Shown here in pieces: positions 15,834 to 20,000 of a stretch of DNA of 20,000 nucleotides. Numbering within the stretch: position 1 is the first letter of the stretch; every line of letters begins with the position of its first letter. The notes beneath the pieces were generated by a model that did not search any database, was not told the origin of the DNA, and was given only the letters and a program-made list of their open reading frames with translations. The position numbers and the translations under genes are program-made. The DNA lies in the IMG/VR virus record IMGVR_UViG_3300042545_002012. One strand, written 5' to 3'. The DNA is from an uncultured virus (IMG/VR IMGVR_UViG_3300042545_002012) (Duplodnaviria; Heunggongvirae; Uroviricota; Caudoviricetes).

Positions 15834-16708
15834 AAACACCTATCAGCTATTACGGCGGTAAAGCCCGTATTGCCACCCAGATCATCCCTCACATCATGGC
15901 GATACCACACACCGTTTATGTTGAGCCTTTCTTTGGTGGCGGGGCTATACTCTATGCCAAAGGCAAAATAGATCGCGGTAATAGTGACTATTACCGCGAA
16001 GCAATTAATGACCTGAATAAGCAATTAATCACGTTCTGGCGCGTGGCAAGAGAGCAACCTAACGAATTAGCACGATGGATTGAACTCACGCCATACAGTC
16101 AAGAAGAGCATCGTGAGTCGCTGATTATTTATCGCAATCCATCTGAATACAGCGATCTAAAAGTTGCTTGGGCTACTTATATTCAATGCAATATGAGTTT
16201 CGCTAATAAGATAGGCGCAGGGTGGGCAACGAGTGTAATTAAACCAAACTTAGCAGCAACATGGGTAAATCGCGCCGCTAGGTTGCCAGAATGTTTTGAA
16301 CGATTAAAGGATGTGCATATTGGCTGTGAAGATGCTTTGAGATTCATTAAGCGTTGGGACTGCCCAAATGGTTTAGTATATGTTGATCCTCCATACCCAA
16401 ATGCCAATCAAGGGCATTACAGCGGATACACCCTAGACGATTATCAAGCTTTATGTGATGCTCTTGACGCTTGTGAATCTAGCTATGTACTGAGTAACTA
16501 TCATCAGGATATCGCGCCTAAGAGCGCTCAAAAATGCGTAGAGATAGAAGCAGTCATGAGTGCAGCTAATGGTCGCAATGGTCGCACTAAGCACAATATC
16601 AAACGTACCGAGAAATTATGGATATGCGATCGCTCGAAGAATATCCGCGCAGATTTACAGGCGATCGCTAAAATGCCAAGCAAACAAGTACAACTAAGCT
16701 TTATTTAA
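15830..16708 (+). CDS. dam: D12-class (Dam-like) DNA adenine methyltransferase; start ATG 15830
   Basis: ISYYGGKARIA, YVEPFFGGG, INDLN and catalytic VYVDPPY; ATGA overlap with the previous methyltransferase. Confidence 0.9.
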   Translation: MKTPISYYGGKARIATQIIPHIMAIPHTVYVEPFFGGGAILYAKGKIDRGNSDYYREAINDLNKQLITFWRVAREQPNELARWIELTPYSQEEHRESLIIYRNPSEYSDLKVAWATYIQCNMSFANKIGAGWATSVIKPNLAATWVNRAARLPECFERLKDVHIGCEDALRFIKRWDCPNGLVYVDPPYPNANQGHYSGYTLDDYQALCDALDACESSYVLSNYHQDIAPKSAQKCVEIEAVMSAANGRNGRTKHNIKRTEKLWICDRSKNIRADLQAIAKMPSKQVQLSFI

Positions 16709-16748
16709 TTGCGATCGCAATATCAAAAACCGATCGCAATATCAAAAA
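16708..16748. repeat. HIP1-centred palindrome and 18-bp tandem duplication at the convergence of the two arms
   Basis: ATTGCGATCGCAAT (16708-16721); CGATCGCAATATCAAAAA at 16712-16729 and 16731-16748. Confidence 0.8.
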
Positions 16749-17088
16749 TCTCGTCAACATTTAAGCCTAGATCAGTTGATAAGGAAATCACCAAAGGGTA
16801 GTTCTCTTTAATTATGGTTGCATACTCCCATTCGATTTGGGCAGTACGACCTAATGTGTCAATCGCTGTCTCGACAGTATCCAAAAGATTTAATTGATGC
16901 AACGCAAGCCTTAAACGCCTTGCATCAATCTCTCTGATGGTTTCAGGCTCAGGATCAACCGCTTGAGGTGTATTACCAGCAGCAAGCCATTCTTCGTATA
17001 ATTTCCAATCGCCATTAGGTGCATTGGGAATTACCGCGCCATCAGATAAGCGAACAATCACATTTGAATCTTTGGTTAACTTATACAT
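16723..17088 (-). CDS. Tail-fibre-associated/assembly-type phage protein
   Basis: VRLSDGAVIP...DW..Y.EWLAAGNTP and IDARRLRLAL...QIEWEYA motifs typical of genes following tail fibres. Confidence 0.7.
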   Translation of the reverse strand: MYKLTKDSNVIVRLSDGAVIPNAPNGDWKLYEEWLAAGNTPQAVDPEPETIREIDARRLRLALHQLNLLDTVETAIDTLGRTAQIEWEYATIIKENYPLVISLSTDLGLNVDEIFDIAIGF

Positions 17089-17095
17089 TTTGCAC

Positions 17096-17938
17096 CTATG
17101 GTATGTGTGCGCTAAAGGTCATTGCTTGAGTCGCTTGAGTAGTTTGAGAATGAGAAATACCAAAATTGTCCAAAAGTTGCACGGCATAACCCGACCCTCC
17201 ACCTGTTCGGACAGGAGTAGCAAACATCAGTGAAGGAAATGTATATGTTGAAACTTGAAATGCGGCAGCACCAACAAGCATGTTCGCAGATAGATAATAT
17301 CGCCTACATCTAAAAGACTCTTCTGAAAAGTTACCGCAATTAAAGGTTGTAGCAATACTACCTTCTTCTAATTGAGGACGGGCTATAACCCAAGTTCCAG
17401 ACGTTTGCGCCCCTACGCGAAGTCTTACCTCTAAACCTCTAGACGCTAAATCAGGCAAAGCAAAAGTTGCGCTATAGCGAGTAAGTGTGCTGCTTACGGT
17501 AAATGTACCGCTAGCAATCAGTGTTTGAGTTGGAGTGGCGATAGTACCGTGTACATTGTCGCTAGTAGTTGGGCGAAATACTTCCCAAATTACCGAAGTT
17601 AATAATGAATTAGAAATCTCGCAGCTAAAAGTTACGGTTTTGTTTTTTATTTGGTTCGTGTCTCGGCTTTCTAGTCTTTGAGCAAGATAAATTGCTGTGG
17701 TAGATGCCGCACCCGTAAAAGTAACACTCTGATCTGTAGCGCTAAAAGCATAGGCGGGAGTACCACCAGCCGCCGCCACTATCCATTCCGTTTCACCTAA
17801 GTATCCAAGAGATGCAGTTGGCAAAGCAGTACTATTGGCAAGAGTTCCCGATGCCGTGCCTTGAATTACTGCGAAGTTAGGGTTTTTAAGGTAGTTCGGA
17901 CTAAAGCTTTTAGAAGGATTTACAATATCACTAGCCAT
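17096..17938 (-). CDS. Tail fibre/receptor-binding protein with carbohydrate-binding-like domain
   Basis: NYLKNPNF.V.Q, QRLE, KTVTFS and PQLEEGSIATTF...E...RCRRYY; Thr/Ser/Ala-rich. Confidence 0.75.
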   Translation of the reverse strand: MASDIVNPSKSFSPNYLKNPNFAVIQGTASGTLANSTALPTASLGYLGETEWIVAAAGGTPAYAFSATDQSVTFTGAASTTAIYLAQRLESRDTNQIKNKTVTFSCEISNSLLTSVIWEVFRPTTSDNVHGTIATPTQTLIASGTFTVSSTLTRYSATFALPDLASRGLEVRLRVGAQTSGTWVIARPQLEEGSIATTFNCGNFSEESFRCRRYYLSANMLVGAAAFQVSTYTFPSLMFATPVRTGGGSGYAVQLLDNFGISHSQTTQATQAMTFSAHIP

Positions 17939-18366
17939 TATGTACCCTCCTCTATTCTCATAAATCCATTAGCACTTACCCAAATACCAGTAACAATACC
18001 AGTGTAATCATCAAAGTATTTGTAGCCTTGTGGTTCTAGTCGATACACTGATGAGGTAGATGCAGTACCACTCTTAGCTATGTAAGCTACTGAAGTGCTG
18101 TCGTTTCTGAATGATGCCCACTTACGATTAGTGTTGAGTGCTAGTAATGTTACTGATGATGTACTACTAGCGACCGAGGTAGTAGGAGCAGTTGTAGCTT
18201 TAGGGGCAGCACCACCAGAACCGCCACCGCTATTCGCTAAATAACTTTGCAATTTTAGTAGGTTTTGCAAAGGCAATTGATCGGCTGACACTTCCTCCAA
18301 ACTGCCTTGGAAGTTTGATTGGATATAAGCGTCTAGAACTGTCTGTAAATCAGTTTGTACTGTCAT
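17938..18366 (-). CDS. Virion structural protein, beta-rich C-terminal domain
   Basis: Gly linker followed by SVTLLALNTNRK...NDSTSVAYI; TAATG overlap. Confidence 0.65.
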   Translation of the reverse strand: MTVQTDLQTVLDAYIQSNFQGSLEEVSADQLPLQNLLKLQSYLANSGGGSGGAAPKATTAPTTSVASSTSSVTLLALNTNRKWASFRNDSTSVAYIAKSGTASTSSVYRLEPQGYKYFDDYTGIVTGIWVSANGFMRIEEGT

Positions 18367-18439
18367 TTTTATTAAAATAGGCTATTTCAGTATTCTCGAT
18401 CCTGCACCAGCACCGCCAGACATGACGGGCTTTTGTTGA

Positions 18440-18787
18440 TTAAGCGGGTGGATAGCGTAAGTCTCGACTTTGCAACAATGATATCTGATCTGGCTCCAAA
18501 ATCAAATTACCCGATAATTTCTCGACTCCAACATAGCCGCCAACAGGTAAAGGCATATTTTGAGCAGGAAAAAACAAGAATTTAGAATAGTCTGCGGGAT
18601 CTGCTTCAGGTGGGATTTCGGTGACAAATCCAATCTCAGGATGAGGTTCAGATGTGAGTTGATAAACTTCATAGCTAGTCTGTCCCGAGCTAGCAATGAG
18701 AGCTTGAATTTGATCAGTATTTGTGCCATCAAATTCAACGATGCTGGATAGTACTTGAGTAAGGATATATTGTTTAATTTCAGGCAT
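18440..18787 (-). CDS. Hypothetical protein in the virion module
   Basis: AGGAGA RBS on the minus strand; co-oriented with neighbours. Confidence 0.6.
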   Translation of the reverse strand: MPEIKQYILTQVLSSIVEFDGTNTDQIQALIASSGQTSYEVYQLTSEPHPEIGFVTEIPPEADPADYSKFLFFPAQNMPLPVGGYVGVEKLSGNLILEPDQISLLQSRDLRYPPA

Positions 18788-18799
18788 TTTGAGAATCTC

Positions 18800-19654
18800 C
18801 TATATAGTGAGTAAATCTTGATAATTAACCGTAGACCCTGCTAACGCGGTAATAGCGGAGTTTGAAATTTCACTCGCAAAACGAGCGATAACGTTACCAC
18901 TAGATGCGGGCAAAATATGCCCCTCTATGAAGGCAATGTTTCCAGTCGCTAAACTTGTCGCGTTTGAAGTGGCAGGAAAATCATAAGCAGAGCCATAGTT
19001 AAGACTCTGGGAAGTGGCTGTGATTGTGTAAAATGAAAGGTAATTTAATCGAGTAAAGCTAGGACCATTGATCGACCAGCGAGATCCAGTGGTAGTTACG
19101 GCGGCGGTGTAAGGGATAAAAAATTTAAACCATGTCACTACACCCGCCGTAACAGGGAAGCTTAACCCCGTCACGTCCTGCATCGTGTTAGCCGTCGCAT
19201 TGTTATTAATGACGTTATTGGCTAGCACAACCTGAGAAACATCACTAGATAATGGGTTGTTGCCATTAACTAAGCCATTTTTGATCGAGCCATTGTTTTG
19301 GTAGACCACCCATCCTTGTCCCTCGGTATAGGTCATTAATTCGCCTATCCCAAGCACACACTTAAATAGTGTCCCTAAAGTGCCATTGCGATTAAGCCTA
19401 ATAGTTACCGTTGCGTTGGCTGTGTCGGTATTAAATACGCTAAGAAAATCAACTATTCTCTGAGTGCTAGAAGCAGGGGAGCCAACTAAATCAACGGCTG
19501 TAGTACTATTAGTCGCAACCAAGCTAGGGGCGCTACCAGAATATGCACTAGTTGAAATATCCTTGTAAGTTGCGACACAATCAAGTTGATTAGTGGCAAT
19601 TGCGTCGCCTAAAATCACTTGTATTTTATCGGTAGTAGTAGATAGAATTAACAT
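18800..19654 (-). CDS. Virion structural/tail-associated protein
   Basis: Thr/Ser/Asn-rich beta composition with DVTGLSFPVTAG and GNVIARFASE. Confidence 0.7.
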   Translation of the reverse strand: MLILSTTTDKIQVILGDAIATNQLDCVATYKDISTSAYSGSAPSLVATNSTTAVDLVGSPASSTQRIVDFLSVFNTDTANATVTIRLNRNGTLGTLFKCVLGIGELMTYTEGQGWVVYQNNGSIKNGLVNGNNPLSSDVSQVVLANNVINNNATANTMQDVTGLSFPVTAGVVTWFKFFIPYTAAVTTTGSRWSINGPSFTRLNYLSFYTITATSQSLNYGSAYDFPATSNATSLATGNIAFIEGHILPASSGNVIARFASEISNSAITALAGSTVNYQDLLTI

Positions 19655-19935
19655 TAAAGCCTCAGCATAGCGATTGCCGTAGTTTGTGCAAAAGATAGGC
19701 CCGACGAGCCAGATCCGCCCGTATTAGTAACCCAAGTCATTACACCCGTGCCATCGGTTTGTAAAATCTGTCCCGAAGTTCCGTAATTTGGCGGTAAAGT
19801 AAAAGTTAAATTTGCGCCCTGACCCGTTGCTGGTAATTGCAAAATAGTTCGCCAGTCAGATCCGCTTTGACTAGCTCCAGCATTAAGCATGAAGCTAGTA
19901 TTAGTGATTCCCTTTAGATCAGGTATTAAGCTCAT
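19654..19935 (-). CDS. Short tail-fibre-repeat protein
   Basis: TFTLPPNYGTSGQILQTDGTGVMTWV matches the common phage fibre motif TLP..G..GQ.L.TDG.G.L.W. Confidence 0.7.
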   Translation of the reverse strand: MSLIPDLKGITNTSFMLNAGASQSGSDWRTILQLPATGQGANLTFTLPPNYGTSGQILQTDGTGVMTWVTNTGGSGSSGLSFAQTTAIAMLRL

Positions 19936-19939
19936 TTAA

Positions 19940-20000
19940 TTATGATGGCACAGAGTAATACACCAAGATTCTAGCAGCTCCAGCACTAGCGCCACCTGCT
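19940..20000 (-). CDS. 3' end of a virion gene entering from the right (...AGGASAGAARILVYYSVPS*)
   Basis: Open minus-strand frame to TAA at 19942-19940, 4 nt before the next ATG. Confidence 0.55.
   Translation of the reverse strand, partial: AGGASAGAARILVYYSVPS

Larger units (their letters stand above)
1..16708 (+). mobile_element. Early/replication/accessory arm of a cyanobacterial temperate phage or prophage; the element extends beyond the window and includes the convergent virion genes to 20000
   Basis: Dense co-oriented short ORFs with ATGA/GTGA overlaps; phage-type initiator, DUF5131, phage methyltransferases and GIY-YIG; convergent tail-fibre genes; HIP1-rich. No integrase or att site in the window. 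Confidence 0.85.

Noticed and set aside
769..16407. Minus-strand and alternate-frame ORFs in the track (e.g. 769-1038, 1438-1713, 2042-2272, 6121-6423, 8703-8975, 11872-12108, 14228-14419, 15758-16024, 16183-16407)
   Set aside because: They overlap better-supported coupled + strand genes and lack recognisable motifs; treated as shadow ORFs.
16712..16748. 18-bp direct repeat as a mini CRISPR array
   Set aside because: The copies are separated by 1 nt, so there is no spacer.
17024..18751. ORFs 17024-17233(+), 18502-18738(-) and 18560-18751(+)
   Set aside because: Shadows of the minus-strand virion genes.
1..20000. tRNA, rRNA, integrase, IS element or reverse transcriptase/DGR
   Set aside because: No supporting motifs seen; most intergenic gaps are too short or otherwise explained.

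Overview
The window looks like part of a temperate cyanophage or prophage. The cyanobacterial host is inferred from about 33 HIP1 (GCGATCGC) octamers, counted by eye, and from an nblA homologue. On the + strand (1-16708) the order is: nucleotide-metabolism genes (dCTP deaminase, P-loop kinase); a tightly overlapped, array-less type IV-B-like CRISPR effector operon (Cas11-like, Csf2/Cas7, Csf3/Cas5, CysH-like, cupin, Cas6) ending in a terminator; a terminator-bounded cassette of a very acidic protein plus an HTH protein behind a palindrome-laden promoter; a replication module (RHH regulator, GIY-YIG nuclease, initiator with an internal iteron/palindrome origin, DUF6475-like partner); and an accessory cluster (tandem Phd-like protein, DUF5131, an NblA gene missed by the ORF track, two adenine methyltransferases). 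On the - strand (16723-20000) converging tail-fibre/virion genes follow. The most notable item is the phage-borne type IV-B-like module. It carries a cupin and a Cas6, but no csf1/cas8, cas1/cas2 or CRISPR array is visible in the window. All protein calls come from motif recognition by eye, not database searches.
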